From: Gammaproteobacteria bacterium
GTDB taxonomy: Bacteria; Pseudomonadota; Gammaproteobacteria; Steroidobacterales; Steroidobacteraceae
Direction: 5' to 3'
DNA length: 50,246 nucleotides
Assembly: GCA_009692285.1 (NCBI GenBank)
Contig: SHZO01000001.1
Span: 1-50,246 of the forward strand
A program made the translations under genes and the position numbers. The notes beneath the pieces were generated by a model. It was given only the letters and a program-made list of their open reading frames with translations, made no database searches and had not been told where the DNA came from. Of the stretch, positions 38,464 to 50,246 are shown piece after piece. The stretch's first letter is position 1; every line of letters starts with the position of its first letter.

Positions 38464-39837
38464 ATGAATCTGTTGTGGCCCATTTTGGGTTTTCTAGTTG
38501 CCGTATCTTTACTCGTTACCGTACATGAGTTTGGTCATTATTGGGTTGCCCGTCGGCTTGGTTTTAAAGTATTAAAATTCTCCGTGGGGTTTGGCCCTGC
38601 ACTTTGGCGCCGTGTGTCTGGCGAAGATCAAACCGAGTATGTCTTAGCAGCACTGCCTTTAGGGGGCTATGTCAAATTACTCGATGAACGTGAAGGCCCC
38701 GTTGAGCTCGATCAATTGCACCGTAGTTTCACTCGCAAGCCACCTTGGCAACGCATTTTAGTTTTGCTTGCAGGGCCTTGCTTTAACTTCGGTTTTGCCA
38801 TTTTACTGCTTTTTGGCAGTTTAATTATGTTTGGATCCCCTGAGCTGCGTCCTGTAGTGGGTAAGTTAGCGCCTCAGTCCATTGCTGCGCGCAGTGGGTT
38901 GCAAGAGGGCGATGAAATTTTGCAGCTACAGGGCCACAATGTAGCAGGTCATGGTGATGTGCTTATGGGTTTGATTGATGCCATGAGCAATGATGGTGTT
39001 GCACAGATCCAAATTAAGCGAGCGGGTAGCGGTGAGCGAACGTTCGAGTTAAGAGTCGCAGATACCGAACTGCGCCATTCCCTCACCGAGCCGGCAGCTT
39101 TATTACCGGGTTTAGGTTTGCGTTTTTGGACGCCGCCGATGCCTGCCACCATAGGTAGTTTAGAAAATAATGGGCCCGCCCAACGTGCGGGTTTACGTGT
39201 GGGAGATCAAATCACAGCGGTTGATGGTATTGCGGTAGATGACTTTCCTGCTTTAGTTGACTTAATTTCAGCAAGACCTAGTCGTGTCGTTCGCCTTGAT
39301 TATCAGCGCGCTGGTGTATCGGCGAGTGTTCAGTTACGTACAACTGAAGATGTCTTTAAGGGCCAAGCCCTTGGACGTATTCGCATTCAAATGCCTCTCT
39401 TACCTCCCTGGCCTGCGCAAATGCTCACCCAGCGCCACTACGGAGTAATTGAAGCTTTTGTGGTTTCTAATCAGCGCGCCTGGCAAATGACTTTGCTGCA
39501 AGCGCGTATGTTCGCTCGAATGATTGTTGGGCAAGTTTCTCTGAAGAATTTATCCGGACCGTTGTCGATCGCACAGTACGCTGGTGACTCTGCACGAAGC
39601 GGTATTAATGATTTCATTAGTTTTCTTGTTGTTATCTCTTTGAGTTTGGGTTTTTTAAATTTACTGCCTATTCCGATGCTTGATGGTGGGCAAATAGTTT
39701 ATCAACTTGCAGAATGGATTAAAGGTTCACCATTGCCTGAGCGCCTTCAAGCGCTTGGGCAGCAGATCGGTATTGCGCTGCTGCTATTACTGATGAGTGT
39801 TGCTATTTTTAATGATGTCGCCCGGCAGTTGGGCTGA
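38464..39837 (+). CDS. rseP: RIP zinc metalloprotease RseP
   Basis: HEFGHY zinc motif, two PDZ domains, C-terminal NLLPIPMLDGG. Confidence 0.9.
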   Translation: MNLLWPILGFLVAVSLLVTVHEFGHYWVARRLGFKVLKFSVGFGPALWRRVSGEDQTEYVLAALPLGGYVKLLDEREGPVELDQLHRSFTRKPPWQRILVLLAGPCFNFGFAILLLFGSLIMFGSPELRPVVGKLAPQSIAARSGLQEGDEILQLQGHNVAGHGDVLMGLIDAMSNDGVAQIQIKRAGSGERTFELRVADTELRHSLTEPAALLPGLGLRFWTPPMPATIGSLENNGPAQRAGLRVGDQITAVDGIAVDDFPALVDLISARPSRVVRLDYQRAGVSASVQLRTTEDVFKGQALGRIRIQMPLLPPWPAQMLTQRHYGVIEAFVVSNQRAWQMTLLQARMFARMIVGQVSLKNLSGPLSIAQYAGDSARSGINDFISFLVVISLSLGFLNLLPIPMLDGGQIVYQLAEWIKGSPLPERLQALGQQIGIALLLLLMSVAIFNDVARQLG

Positions 39838-39855
39838 CTCATCAGAGGTTTTCTC

Positions 39856-42351
39856 TTGCAACGTCGTATTCAAATATTAATATCAACATTTGTGTTAATT
39901 GCAGGAGTTTGTGCACTGCCTAGTGCTCTGGCGCAAACTCTACAGAATGAGTCTGCAAAAGTAGAAGTTTCTCAAACTGACGCTACCTTACTAGAAACAT
40001 TGGCATTCCGCGTCGATAACATTCGTGTGGAAGGTTTGCAGCGCGTTTCGGAAGGTACGGTCTATAACTATTTGCCTATAAATATAGGTGATTCTTTAAC
40101 ACCTCAGCGTGCACGTGAAGCGATTCGCGCTCTATATGCGACCGGTTTTTTTCGTGATGTGGAAGTGCGTCGTGAACTGGGAACCTTAGTTGTTGCAGTT
40201 TTAGAGCGCCCTTCGATTGATAGTTTTGAGCTTAAGGGCAACAAAGACATCAAAACAGAAGATCTCACTAAGAGTTTGCGCAACGTAGGGTTAGCACGGG
40301 GTAAGACCTTTGACCGCTCGGTGCTAGAAGATGTGAAGCAGTACCTTACTGACCAGTACTTTAGCCGCGGAAAATATGCTGTACGTATTGATGCAAAGGT
40401 CGAAGATTTGCCGGACAACCGAGTTAAAATTAATATTGATATCAAAGAAGGAAAGAGAGCCAAAATTCGTCAAATTAGTTTAGTTGGTGCTAACACATTT
40501 AAAGAATTAGATGTGTTATCTGCCTTTGAACTGAAAACTCCAAACTGGCTTTCTTGGTATAAGCAAGATGATCGTTATTCGCGCGAACCTTTGCAAGGTG
40601 ACCTAGAGAAGTTGCGTTCTTACTATATGGATCGCGGTTATGCTAATTTTACGATTGACTCAACTCAGGTTGCCATTACTCCAGAAAAAGACGATATATT
40701 TGTTACTATAAATGTTACAGAAGGGCAAGTTTTTAAAGTTAGTTCTGTAAAGCTCGCTGGCACATTTGTTGTCTCTGAAGCTGAGCTTAAGAATTATCTG
40801 CTCGTTAAGCCCGGCGATGTATTTTCCAAAAAACAAATTACAAACACTCAAGAGTTAATACAAAATCGGCTCGGTTTGGATGGTTATGCGTTTGCTAAAG
40901 TCGATCCTGTCCCTACCTCTGATGAGAAAACGAAGGAAGTAGCTCTTACGTTCTTTGTAGATCCAGGCAACCGCGTGTATGTCAGGCATATTGTTTTTGC
41001 AGATGTGACAAAAATAAACGACGAAGTTTTACGTCGAGAAATGCGTCAGCTAGAAGGTGCGTGGCTATCTAATGCTTTAGTTGATCGATCCAAGCAACGT
41101 CTGCAGCGCTTGCCTTATATCGAGAAAGTCGAGTCTGAAACCAAGCCAGTGGCCGGTTCCGCTGACTTAGTTGACGTTGAATTTAAAATTAAAGAAGGGC
41201 CATCAGCTCAGTTAGGTGGAGGCGTGGGTTATTCCGCCTCACAGTCATTTATGCTTAACGGTAACTATGCGGATAGTAATTTCATGGGTCGCGGGGAACG
41301 CGTCTCCGTAGATGTAAATTCAGGTAAGTACTCTAAGGTGTATGGCATATCACACACTAATCCCTACACCAATATCGATGGTGTGGCGCGTACAATGTCT
41401 TTTAACTATCGAGATGTCACGCAGTTTGTGTCGGCTTCATCAGACTTCTCTTCTGAATCTTTGTCCCTGGGTGTGGATTACGGTTACCCTATCAGTGAAT
41501 TTCAGGGGATCCGTCTTGGATTCTCAGCGCAGAGCTCTTCACTTATCACTGGTTTAGGGAGTGCTTCCCAAGCGCGTGATTGGGTGCAGAATAATGGTAA
41601 GTCGCGGCAGGACATAGTTCCCGAGAACGATTATGGCAACGGCTATATCTCACCAGAGACGGTTCTTGATCGAACTAAATTTAATAGTTACGAACTGGCG
41701 GTTGGTTGGAGTTACGACACGCGTAATCGTGCGCTGTTTGCAAATCGCGGGACACGACATACCGTTTCCGCAAACTATGCATTACCTTTAAGTGATGTAC
41801 AATATTTCACCCTGAACTATGAATATTTGCAGTACCTGCCAATCTACAAAAAGTGGACACTGCAGGTGGGTGCTGATTTAGGGTACGGCCAAGCCTTAGG
41901 AGACACGACCGCCTTGCCTCCATTCCGTAACTTTTACGCTGGCGGCCCAGATACCGTTCGTGGCTTCAGGGAGAGTCGACTGGGTCCTAAGGATAATTAT
42001 GGTAATCCCTATGGCGGTAACTTCAAGGTTACAGGACGAGCCGAGTTAATTATTCCTACCCCTGAGAAATGGGCGGCGTCGGCTAGGCTTAGCTTGTTTT
42101 ACGATATAGGGAACGTGTTTTCGACAGAAAAACGCTATAAATTCATAGGTGCGGACGGTGTCACACCTGTTGATTATGCATTCAAGTATAATAACCTCAA
42201 AAGGTCCACGGGACTTGCAGTTCAGTGGCTTGCCCCCCTTGGCTTATTTCGCTTTAGCTACGGCATCCCTTTGAATACGGTTGTAGGTGATGGTTCGGTG
42301 TTTGCCGATGAAGAAGAAAGGTTTCAGTTTACTATTGGCCAAGCGTTCTAA
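39856..42351 (+). CDS. bamA: outer-membrane protein assembly factor BamA
   Basis: 831 aa. Signal peptide, five POTRA-like repeats, Omp85 barrel ending in RFQFTIGQAF. Confidence 0.92.
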   Translation: MQRRIQILISTFVLIAGVCALPSALAQTLQNESAKVEVSQTDATLLETLAFRVDNIRVEGLQRVSEGTVYNYLPINIGDSLTPQRAREAIRALYATGFFRDVEVRRELGTLVVAVLERPSIDSFELKGNKDIKTEDLTKSLRNVGLARGKTFDRSVLEDVKQYLTDQYFSRGKYAVRIDAKVEDLPDNRVKINIDIKEGKRAKIRQISLVGANTFKELDVLSAFELKTPNWLSWYKQDDRYSREPLQGDLEKLRSYYMDRGYANFTIDSTQVAITPEKDDIFVTINVTEGQVFKVSSVKLAGTFVVSEAELKNYLLVKPGDVFSKKQITNTQELIQNRLGLDGYAFAKVDPVPTSDEKTKEVALTFFVDPGNRVYVRHIVFADVTKINDEVLRREMRQLEGAWLSNALVDRSKQRLQRLPYIEKVESETKPVAGSADLVDVEFKIKEGPSAQLGGGVGYSASQSFMLNGNYADSNFMGRGERVSVDVNSGKYSKVYGISHTNPYTNIDGVARTMSFNYRDVTQFVSASSDFSSESLSLGVDYGYPISEFQGIRLGFSAQSSSLITGLGSASQARDWVQNNGKSRQDIVPENDYGNGYISPETVLDRTKFNSYELAVGWSYDTRNRALFANRGTRHTVSANYALPLSDVQYFTLNYEYLQYLPIYKKWTLQVGADLGYGQALGDTTALPPFRNFYAGGPDTVRGFRESRLGPKDNYGNPYGGNFKVTGRAELIIPTPEKWAASARLSLFYDIGNVFSTEKRYKFIGADGVTPVDYAFKYNNLKRSTGLAVQWLAPLGLFRFSYGIPLNTVVGDGSVFADEEERFQFTIGQAF

Positions 42352-42375
42352 TATTTCAGCAAGAGGACATACAGC

Positions 42376-42939
42376 GTGATGCGTTTCTTTAAGTTAAAAA
42401 CATGGATCCCTGCCTTTGCAGCGGTGGTTTCTCTCATGGCAGTACCGGCGCAAGCCGAGGCTAAAATTGGTGTCCTGGACTATGGCCGCCTCATGGAGGA
42501 GAGCCCTCAAGGTAAAGTATTACTTGAGACTCTGCGCAACGATGCTGCGACTAAACAGCGTGAAATACAATTACAAGGTCAGTCCTTGCAGGGCAAGCGC
42601 GATAAGCTTGGCAAAGATCGCGCGACTATGTCACCTGATCAGATCTCGCGCGCTGAAAAAGAAGTGCGCGATGGTGAGCGCGACCTTGCTCGACGCCAAC
42701 AAGAAATTCAGGACGACTTTAATGCAAAGCGTAATGAAGAAACTTCAAAGTTGCAGCGCGGTCTGATTGAAGATGTTCGCGCATATGCCAAGTTACAGAA
42801 TTTTGACATCGTCATTGCTGAGGGTGTGATCTATAGCTCTCCCGTACTAGATATGACGTCCGGCTTGTTGAAAATTCTGCAAGATCGCTTGGCGCCACGT
42901 CCGGCTGCTGCGCCTGCCGCTGCCGTATCCAAGCGCTGA
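42376..42939 (+). CDS. skp: periplasmic chaperone Skp (OmpH)
   Basis: 187 aa. Signal peptide, coiled-coil Lys/Glu/Gln-rich core. Canonical position between bamA and lpxD. Confidence 0.75.
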   Translation: MMRFFKLKTWIPAFAAVVSLMAVPAQAEAKIGVLDYGRLMEESPQGKVLLETLRNDAATKQREIQLQGQSLQGKRDKLGKDRATMSPDQISRAEKEVRDGERDLARRQQEIQDDFNAKRNEETSKLQRGLIEDVRAYAKLQNFDIVIAEGVIYSSPVLDMTSGLLKILQDRLAPRPAAAPAAAVSKR

Positions 42940-42967
42940 TTTTTAAAGCGTCTGCGACGCGGACCAT

Positions 42968-44002
42968 ATGGCGCAGATTACTCTCGGCGCGTTGGCGGTT
43001 CGCTTCGGGTTGTCACTACGCGGTGATCCTGATCGTCCCGTGGACTCTGTCGCAGCTTTAGCTGCGGCTGGTCCACGCCAGATTACATTTCTCTCTACTA
43101 CTAAGTTTACTCCACAGTTAGCTAGCACAACTGCTGCCGCGGTCATACTCCACCCAAAGATGGCCGAGTTCGCGCCCTGCGATGTATTGTTGAGCGAAAA
43201 TCCGCACGCCACCTTTGCAAAGGTGGCAGCTTTACTACATCCCGTGGCTCCTGTAATTGCTGGGGTGCATCCCACGGCAATTATTGGGGTAAATGTTTCT
43301 TTGCATCCAAGCGTGCAGGTTGGTCCATATGCCATTTTAGGTGCGGATTGTCGATTAGAAGCGGGTGTAGTGGTTGGTCCAGCCTGTGTATTGGGCCAGG
43401 GCGTACAGTTAGCTGCAGGGGTGCGATTGCTGGCTCGTGTGAGTGTATTGGATCGAGTGGTAATCGGCGCACGATCTTTGGTGCATCCTGGGGCGGTAAT
43501 TGGCGCTGACGGATTTGGTTTTGCAGTTGAAAGTGGGCATTGGCTACCTGTGCCGCAATTAGGCACGGTACGCATTGGCGCAGATGTAGAAATAGGTGCG
43601 AACACTACGATTGATCGCGGCGCTTTAGAGGATACGGTGATTGGCGAAGGAGTTAAGATTGATAATTTAGTGCAGATTGCGCATAACTGTACAATTGGTG
43701 CTCACACTGCCATTGCAGCTTGTGTAGGTATTGCAGGTAGTTCGCACATTGGTGAGCGTTGTCGCTTAGGTGGTGGCGTAGGATTGGCAGGCCATTTAAC
43801 TATTTGTGATGATGTTACGCTCACGGGATTCGCCTTAGTTGTGAGTGATATTCGGGAGCCGGGTGTATATTCCAGTGGAATTCCGGTCGAGAAAATCAGT
43901 GAATGGCGCAAAATTGTTGGACGCTTAAAGCGCATTGAGACGCTTGCGCAAAGTGTGGCAAATTTAAGAAAACAAAACAAAGAGACAAAGGATTTATCGT
44001 GA
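42968..44002 (+). CDS. lpxD: UDP-3-O-acylglucosamine N-acyltransferase
   Basis: 344 aa. N-terminal uridine-binding domain, then left-handed beta-helix hexapeptide repeats. Confidence 0.9.
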   Translation: MAQITLGALAVRFGLSLRGDPDRPVDSVAALAAAGPRQITFLSTTKFTPQLASTTAAAVILHPKMAEFAPCDVLLSENPHATFAKVAALLHPVAPVIAGVHPTAIIGVNVSLHPSVQVGPYAILGADCRLEAGVVVGPACVLGQGVQLAAGVRLLARVSVLDRVVIGARSLVHPGAVIGADGFGFAVESGHWLPVPQLGTVRIGADVEIGANTTIDRGALEDTVIGEGVKIDNLVQIAHNCTIGAHTAIAACVGIAGSSHIGERCRLGGGVGLAGHLTICDDVTLTGFALVVSDIREPGVYSSGIPVEKISEWRKIVGRLKRIETLAQSVANLRKQNKETKDLS

Positions 44003-44466
44003 CCCAGCATATTACATTAGACATTAATGGCATTTTGAAACAACTGCCCCATCGTTACCCATTTTTATTGGTAGATCGTGTACTAGAGTGTATAAAAGGT
44101 GTGAGCATTCGTGCATTAAAAAATGTCACATATAACGAGCCATTTTTCCCCGGACATTTTCCCCATCGACCAGTAATGCCTGGTGTAATGATCATTGAGG
44201 CCTTAGCCCAAACCGCTGGTATTTTAGCCTTTGTTTCTGCAGATGTCGTTCCACATGATGACACCCGCTTTTACTTTGTGGGCATAGATAAAGCTAGGTT
44301 TCGGCGCCCGGTTGAGCCTGGTGATCAATTACTTTTGACTGCATCGTTTGAACGCAAAATGCGTGGTATATGGAAATTCAGCGTTGCAGCTTACGTGGGT
44401 GAAATTGAAGTCGTTTCTGCCGGACTCATGGTTGCACCTGAAACCAAGGGGCAGGGTGCAGAATGA
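43999..44466 (+). CDS. fabZ: 3-hydroxyacyl-ACP dehydratase
   Basis: [13 protein letters not shown] and [15 protein letters not shown] motifs. Confidence 0.93.
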   Translation: MTQHITLDINGILKQLPHRYPFLLVDRVLECIKGVSIRALKNVTYNEPFFPGHFPHRPVMPGVMIIEALAQTAGILAFVSADVVPHDDTRFYFVGIDKARFRRPVEPGDQLLLTASFERKMRGIWKFSVAAYVGEIEVVSAGLMVAPETKGQGAE

Positions 44467-45236
44467 GTATTGATGCTCGCGCGGTAGTTGCTCCTGGGGC
44501 GCGTCTCGCATCAGATGTGGAGATTGGTCCTTTCAGCATTATTGGTCCTGATGTAGAGATTGGTTCGGGTTGCAGGATTGGACCTCATGCTGTGATTTCT
44601 GGCCACACCCGTTTAGGTAAAAACAATAAAGTTTTTCAGTTTGCTTCGATTGGTGATGCGCCGCAAGATAAGAAATACAAGGACGAACCAACTCGGTTAG
44701 AAATTGGTGATGAGAACGTGTTTCGTGAGTTTGTCACCATCAATCGTGGGACGCCGCAAGATAAAGGCGTCACACACATTGGTAATGACAATCTGTTTAT
44801 GGCCTACAGTCATGTGGCTCATGACTGTTTCGTTGGTGATCACTGTGTATTTGCTAATGTGGCAACCTTAGGTGGCCATGTGGAAGTTGGCGATTATGTG
44901 ATTATGGGGGGGCTGTCAGCTGTCCATCAGTTCTGCAAAATTGGCGCACATGCTTTTGTAGCAAATAATGCTGCTGTGACACGTGATGTGCCCCCTTATG
45001 TGATTGCCGTAGGTCAGCCAGCTGAGCCGCGCTCGGTTAATTCCACAGGTTTGTCACGGCGTGGTTTTACCCCTGAGCAAGTGCGCAATATTAAAAATGC
45101 ATACCGTATTCTGTATCGATTGGATCTTCCTCTGGAACAAGCATTAGGGATGTTGAGAGAAGCGGCCACCACTCAAGTTGAGGTGGCTGCGTTTGTCGAA
45201 TTTATTGGTCGCTCTGCGCGTAGCATTGTTCGCTGA
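44463..45236 (+). CDS. lpxA: acyl-ACP--UDP-N-acetylglucosamine O-acyltransferase
   Basis: 257 aa hexapeptide-repeat protein with the LpxA C-terminal helical domain ([16 protein letters not shown]). Confidence 0.92.
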   Translation: MSIDARAVVAPGARLASDVEIGPFSIIGPDVEIGSGCRIGPHAVISGHTRLGKNNKVFQFASIGDAPQDKKYKDEPTRLEIGDENVFREFVTINRGTPQDKGVTHIGNDNLFMAYSHVAHDCFVGDHCVFANVATLGGHVEVGDYVIMGGLSAVHQFCKIGAHAFVANNAAVTRDVPPYVIAVGQPAEPRSVNSTGLSRRGFTPEQVRNIKNAYRILYRLDLPLEQALGMLREAATTQVEVAAFVEFIGRSARSIVR

Positions 45237-45238
45237 AG

Positions 45239-46402
45239 GTGAACCATTCGGTACCTGTTATTGCGATAGTTGCTGGAGAAGCCTCTGGAGATAATCTTGG
45301 TGCGGCCTTAATTTCTGAGTTGCGCGCGCGGTTACCAGGTGCGCGATTTATTGGAGTTCCAGGGCGGCGTATGCGCGAAGCAGGCTGCGAGGCTTTGGCC
45401 TCTAGTGATGAACTTGCGTTAATGGGTCTTTTTGAAATTATTCGTCAACTTCCGCGCTTGATTCGCCTGAGGCATCGATTAAAAGTAGAGTTATTGAAGA
45501 TTAAACCTGATGTCTTTATCGGCATTGATGCGCCTGAATTTAATTTAGGCTTAGCTCGCTTGTTAAAAGCTAATGGCCTGCCTACCGTACAGTATGTAAG
45601 TCCGCAAGTATGGGCTTGGCGCCAAGGGCGTGTGCGTACAATCGGCAATTCAGTAGATAAAATTCTTTGTTTGCTGCCCTTTGAGCCAGCCTTTTATAGA
45701 GAATATGGGGTGCAAGCTGTTTTTGTTGGGCATCCTTTAGCTGACCAATATACATTGGAGCCTGATCGTGCAGCGGCACGTCTTGAGCTCGGTTTAACAG
45801 AGCAGGATCAGGTGGTGGCCGTACTGCCGGGTAGTCGATTAGGTGAAGTGGTTCGCCTTACTAAAACCTTTGCTGCTACCGCAGTGTGGCTCAACCAACG
45901 AAGACCAGGCATACAATTTATCTCTCCGTTAGCGAGTGCCGATACTCGCATGCATTTCATCAATCAGTGGTCCAAACACACCGAGATACCTGTGAAGTGT
46001 TTTGATGGGCAGTCGGGGTTGGTTCTAGCGGCGGCTGATGTCGTTTTGGTGGCCTCAGGCACCGCTACGTTAGAGGCTTTACTTACGCAACGCCCAATGG
46101 TGGTAGCGTATCGGTTGAGTCTACTCACCGCTTTCATCTTAAAGTCCTTTGGGCTGGTCAAAATTAAATATTTTTCCCAACCTAATTTATTATTAGGGCG
46201 AGACTGTGTGCCTGAATTCTTCCAAAATAGGGCTACACCCACTGCTTTGGGAGAGGCTTTGTTAGCTTGGCTCGATGGCTCACGTGATGTAGAGGCTTTA
46301 CAAGCAGAATTTAAAACTGTGCATCAGCAATTGCGTTGCAATGGCGCTTCGCTGGCTGCTGCTGCAGTTATAGACCTGATTGATTTGGATGCAAAATATT
46401 AA
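45239..46402 (+). CDS. lpxB: lipid-A-disaccharide synthase
   Basis: GTG start. [12 protein letters not shown]-terminus, [13 protein letters not shown] motif. Confidence 0.9.
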   Translation: MNHSVPVIAIVAGEASGDNLGAALISELRARLPGARFIGVPGRRMREAGCEALASSDELALMGLFEIIRQLPRLIRLRHRLKVELLKIKPDVFIGIDAPEFNLGLARLLKANGLPTVQYVSPQVWAWRQGRVRTIGNSVDKILCLLPFEPAFYREYGVQAVFVGHPLADQYTLEPDRAAARLELGLTEQDQVVAVLPGSRLGEVVRLTKTFAATAVWLNQRRPGIQFISPLASADTRMHFINQWSKHTEIPVKCFDGQSGLVLAAADVVLVASGTATLEALLTQRPMVVAYRLSLLTAFILKSFGLVKIKYFSQPNLLLGRDCVPEFFQNRATPTALGEALLAWLDGSRDVEALQAEFKTVHQQLRCNGASLAAAAVIDLIDLDAKY

Positions 46403-46989
46403 TGGCTGATACGTTAATCGCGGGTGTGGATGAGGCCGGGCGCGGTCCCTTAGCAGGGCCAGTCGTCGCCGCTGCTGTAATCTTAGACCCTAATATTCCA
46501 ATTACCGGATTAGCTGATTCAAAGAAATTAAAATCCGCACAGCGAGCTGTTTTGTGCGCACAGATCATGAAAAGCTCATTGACTTATGCTATTGGCGTAG
46601 CGAGTGCTGAAGAAATAGATTGCTTAAATATTTTACAAGCAACATTACTTGCTATGCGTCGTGCGGTTTTCGGTCTGTATCGTTCGCCCACCCATCTAGA
46701 GGTAGATGGCAATCACTTAATGTCTCTTACTGGGATGATGGGATTAATCTCTGCTGAGGCGATTGTCCGAGGTGATTCAACACGTCCTGTCATTAGTGCA
46801 GCTTCGATAATTGCAAAGGTGCATCGTGATACTTTGATGATCGAATCAGCTCGGCGTTATCCAGAATATGGCTTTGATATTCACAAAGGCTATCCGACAG
46901 CAACACACTTGGCGGCTTTACGTGCAAAAGGAGTTTGCGCCGAACATCGCCGTAGTTTTCGACCAGTAAGAAATCTGTATTCGCCATGA
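46402..46989 (+). CDS. rnhB: ribonuclease HII
   Basis: [19 protein letters not shown] and DSKKL motifs, 195 aa. Confidence 0.92.
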   Translation: MADTLIAGVDEAGRGPLAGPVVAAAVILDPNIPITGLADSKKLKSAQRAVLCAQIMKSSLTYAIGVASAEEIDCLNILQATLLAMRRAVFGLYRSPTHLEVDGNHLMSLTGMMGLISAEAIVRGDSTRPVISAASIIAKVHRDTLMIESARRYPEYGFDIHKGYPTATHLAALRAKGVCAEHRRSFRPVRNLYSP

Positions 46990-49900
46990 ATTCTTTTATC
47001 CACTTACGTTTGCATACCGAGTTTTCGTTAGTAGATAGTGTGCTGCGTATTCCGGAGTTAGTAGCTGCAGTAAGTGCGGCGGGGATGCCAGCAGTTGCTA
47101 TAACTGATCAACATAATCTCTTCGCAATGATGAAGTTTTATCGCGAGGCGCTCCGCAAAGGTATTAAGCCTCTAATTGGTGTAGATTTGCTGATTGTTTC
47201 TCCGGAACAGAACAGCCCCCCAGTTCGCTTGTCTTTGCTGTGTATGAGTAAGGTTGGTTACCGCAACCTTACACATTTAGTGACTCAATCTTATTTAGAG
47301 GGTCAGAAGATTGAAGGTCAGAAGAGTGGTATACCTTTGCTAAAACGTAGTTGGTTGACTCCAGAATTTACCAAAGATTTAATTGCCTTATCTTGTGCTC
47401 AAGAAGGCGATGTTGGTCGAGCATTAAGTGCGAAGAGAATAACTCAGGCTATAAAGCACTTAAAGTTTTGGCGAGATTTATTTGGCGATCGCTATTATTT
47501 AGAAATTAGCCGCTTGGGGCGAGAGCATGAGGAGTCTTTCATTGCTGACACTATTAGTTTGGCGATTGAGTATCAAGTGCCGATAGTTGCAACTAATGAC
47601 GTGCGTTTTCTTACTGCAGCGGAGTTTGAATCCCACGAGGCACGCGTGTGTATCCATGAGGGTGTGCAACTTTCAGATCCAGTTCGCTCGCATCGATATA
47701 CCCAACAGCAATATTTGCGTGATTCTTCTGAAATGGAAATCTTATTTTCGGATTTGCCCGAAGCTTTAGAAAATACGATAGAAATAGCACGCCGCTGTAC
47801 TTTAGAATTGCGTTTAGGCGAAAGCCACATGCCTGAATATCCAGTACCAGATGGGCAGAGTATTGAAGATTTTTTACGTAAGGAATCTCAGAGTGGTCTA
47901 ACTGATCGGTACAAATTATTGTCTAATGCAGATCATTCTATCTACGGCGCACGCTTAGTAAGTGAGCTAAATGTAATCTGTGATATGGGATTTGCAGGGT
48001 ACTTTTTGATTGTGGCGGATTTTATTCGTTGGGCTCGTGATAATGGGGTCCCCGTCGGGCCAGGACGTGGCTCTGGTGCTGGTTCATTAGTGGCCTATGC
48101 ACTTCGAATCACTGACATTGATCCATTGCAGTACGACTTGTTATTCGAGCGCTTCTTAAATCCAGAGAGAGTCTCGATGCCAGACTTTGATATCGACTTT
48201 TGTATGGATGGTCGTGAACGCGTAATCGATTATGTCGCTGATAAATATGGTCGTCGACGCGTCTCGCAAATCATTACCTATGGCACTATGGCTGCTAAAG
48301 CAGTTGTGCGTGATGCGGGAAGAGTGCTCGGCTTGCCCTATAGTCAGGTGGATCGAATCGCAAAACTAGTCCCCTTTGAGCTGGATATCACACTCGATAT
48401 TGCTTTGACAAAAGAACCGGAACTTAAAAAACTTTATGTTCAAGATGAGGAGATACGTAACCTTCTTGATCTAGCTCGCTCGCTCGAGGGGCTTACGCGC
48501 AACGCTGGTAAGCATGCTGGCGGTGTGGTCATTGCACCTTCATTGCTCGAGGATTTTGCGCCATTGTATTGCGAACAAGACAGTCAAAGTGTGATGACGC
48601 AATTTGATAAAGATGATGTCGAAGCTGCAGGTTTAGTTAAATTTGATTTTCTAGGTTTACGCACCCTAACCGTGATCGCTGGTGCACTCCGGACGATTGA
48701 TAGTGCGCGTGCAATTGAGGGACTCGAGCCTTTAAATTTAGCGACATTGCCTATGAATGACACGACTACTTTTAATTTGCTTAAAGCATGTCAAACCACC
48801 GCAGTTTTCCAGCTTGAGTCGCGCGGTATGAAAGATCTGGTGCGTCGTCTGCAGCCTGATCGATTTGAAGACATTATCGCTTTAGTAGCGCTCTTTAGGC
48901 CCGGCCCACTGCAGTCTGGAATGGTAGATGATTTTATTAATAGGAAGCACGGCCGCTCCGAAGGGCTAATCGACTATCTCCATCCGAGTTTGGAGTCAAT
49001 TTTGAAGCCAACTTATGGAGTAATCTTATATCAAGAACAGGTGATGCAGATTGCTCAAGTGCTGGCTGGTTACACCCTTGGGGCTGCAGATTTGCTTCGT
49101 CGGGCTATGGGTAAGAAAAAACCTGAGGAAATGGCGCTGCAGCGAAACGATTTTGTGGAAGGTGCTAAGGCATGCGGTGTGCCGGAGATTCAGGCTACCT
49201 ATATCTTTGATCTTATGGAGAAGTTTGCGGGGTATGGTTTTAATAAATCTCATTCGGCAGCCTATGCTTTGCTTTCTTACCAGACTGCGTACCTTAAAGC
49301 GCATTATCCTGCTGCTTATATGGCGGCTGTGCTCTCTGCAGATATGGATCACACTGAGAAAGTCGTTACCATCAAAGATGAGTGTGATCAGATGAAACTA
49401 GAGGTATTACCTCCGGATGTGAATGCTTCTGCATACGCCTTTGTCGTGTCAGGCTCTAATCAGGTCCGGTATGGTTTAGGGGCAATTAAGGGTGTAGGAA
49501 AAGGAGCGGTTGAGTCGATTACGCAAGAGCGTGAGGCACGCGGTAGCTATACTAGCTTAGAGGACTTATGTCGTCGTCTTGATCTAAATCGTGTTAACCG
49601 TCGTGTGTTTGATGCATTGTTACGCTCAGGAAGTTTAGATTCACTAGGCAAAAACCGCGCTACTTTAGCCGCGCTTTTGCCTTCGGCTTTGCAATTGGGT
49701 GAACAGGCAACGCGTGCTGTGTCGGCGGGGCAAGTCGATTTATTTGGGCTTGCTAGTACATCTGAAGCGGATCAACAAGAATGGAGTGAAGCTCACCGTC
49801 TTGCTGGAGAGCGCGAAACCTTAGGGTTATATCTCTCTGGGCACCCTTTAAAACGCCATGAAAAATATTTAGCGCGCTTTGTAACTGGGCGGATTGCTGA

Positions 49901-50246
49901 TCTCATTAGTGATCGTCCAGCTACAGGTTCGCCAGAGCGCGGTTTTTTCGGTGGGCGTCCTGTCACTATTGCCGGTTATATTCATGAGCTACGTAAGCGC
50001 GGTACGCGAATATCTGTGCTTTTGGATGACCGTACCGGCCGCATTGAAGTGACTTTTGCTGATGAAAAATTCCAACAGTATCGGCATCTGATACTGAAAG
50101 ATGCTTTAATCATCATCGAAGGTCAATTGCGCTTTGATGAGTTCAGCGATAGCTGGCGTTTGGCTGCCAAGAAAATTACGGAATTTGATCGTGTCCGAGA
50201 GCAACAAGCGCATCGTATTGTATTGCAGTGGTCTCGTAGTACAACG
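46986..50246 (+). CDS. dnaE: DNA polymerase III alpha subunit, N-terminal 1087 codons (3' end outside window)
   Basis: ATG at 46986 in an ATGA overlap with rnhB. My translation [26 protein letters not shown] (PHP domain) and later [23 protein letters not shown] and PDFDIDFC. The frame is open to the window end, which explains its absence from the ORF track. Confidence 0.95.
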   Translation, partial: MNSFIHLRLHTEFSLVDSVLRIPELVAAVSAAGMPAVAITDQHNLFAMMKFYREALRKGIKPLIGVDLLIVSPEQNSPPVRLSLLCMSKVGYRNLTHLVTQSYLEGQKIEGQKSGIPLLKRSWLTPEFTKDLIALSCAQEGDVGRALSAKRITQAIKHLKFWRDLFGDRYYLEISRLGREHEESFIADTISLAIEYQVPIVATNDVRFLTAAEFESHEARVCIHEGVQLSDPVRSHRYTQQQYLRDSSEMEILFSDLPEALENTIEIARRCTLELRLGESHMPEYPVPDGQSIEDFLRKESQSGLTDRYKLLSNADHSIYGARLVSELNVICDMGFAGYFLIVADFIRWARDNGVPVGPGRGSGAGSLVAYALRITDIDPLQYDLLFERFLNPERVSMPDFDIDFCMDGRERVIDYVADKYGRRRVSQIITYGTMAAKAVVRDAGRVLGLPYSQVDRIAKLVPFELDITLDIALTKEPELKKLYVQDEEIRNLLDLARSLEGLTRNAGKHAGGVVIAPSLLEDFAPLYCEQDSQSVMTQFDKDDVEAAGLVKFDFLGLRTLTVIAGALRTIDSARAIEGLEPLNLATLPMNDTTTFNLLKACQTTAVFQLESRGMKDLVRRLQPDRFEDIIALVALFRPGPLQSGMVDDFINRKHGRSEGLIDYLHPSLESILKPTYGVILYQEQVMQIAQVLAGYTLGAADLLRRAMGKKKPEEMALQRNDFVEGAKACGVPEIQATYIFDLMEKFAGYGFNKSHSAAYALLSYQTAYLKAHYPAAYMAAVLSADMDHTEKVVTIKDECDQMKLEVLPPDVNASAYAFVVSGSNQVRYGLGAIKGVGKGAVESITQEREARGSYTSLEDLCRRLDLNRVNRRVFDALLRSGSLDSLGKNRATLAALLPSALQLGEQATRAVSAGQVDLFGLASTSEADQQEWSEAHRLAGERETLGLYLSGHPLKRHEKYLARFVTGRIADLISDRPATGSPERGFFGGRPVTIAGYIHELRKRGTRISVLLDDRTGRIEVTFADEKFQQYRHLILKDALIIIEGQLRFDEFSDSWRLAAKKITEFDRVREQQAHRIVLQWSRSTT

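Noticed and set aside
42943-43605. 220-aa ORF antisense to lpxD
   Set aside because: It lies entirely inside the well-supported lpxD gene. Its low-complexity T/A/P/G composition is the mirror image of the hexapeptide-repeat coding region, so it is a typical shadow ORF.

Overview
This window is a densely packed, almost entirely housekeeping chromosome segment from a Gram-negative bacterium. Gene order and similarity to remembered E. coli orthologues point to Gammaproteobacteria. All protein calls rest on motifs and that remembered similarity; no database search was possible.

Contents, left to right:
- 3' end of a phosphohexomutase gene.
- tRNA-Val(CAC), divergent from gltX.
- tRNA-Ala(GGC) and tRNA-Glu(UUC).
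- galE, srkA, a TerC-family gene, dusA.
- pckG (GTP type) with an M28 peptidase.
- yoaA-like helicase and tsaB.
- phoB-phoR-phoU-dsbB.
- A four-gene lipid-related cluster: LpxH/PlcP-like phosphoesterase, unknown secreted protein, GT4 glycosyltransferase, PAP2 phosphatase.
- dapE.
- pstS-porin-pstC-pstA-pstB.
- dapD-dapC-glnD-map.
- The classic run rpsB-tsf-pyrH-frr-uppS-cdsA-dxr-rseP-bamA-skp-lpxD-fabZ-lpxA-lpxB-rnhB-dnaE. dnaE is open to the window edge, so it is absent from the ORF track.

I found no CRISPR array, integrase, transposase, or toxin or defence genes, and I see no convincing evidence for a wholly new system here.

The least ordinary region is 15.9-19.2 kb. It looks like a phosphate-starvation membrane-lipid renovation module embedded between the pho regulators and the pst transporter. 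It carries an extra uncharacterised secreted protein, and two of its genes have single-base frameshifts while every neighbouring gene is intact.

Smaller oddities:
- An orphan tRNA-Gly 3' fragment.
- A roughly 89-aa Pro/Arg/Ala-rich tail on ribosomal protein S2.
- A porin plus an internal terminator inside the pst operon.
- The pst module splitting a dapC-dapD/dapE cluster.
- A probable CTG start for phoR.
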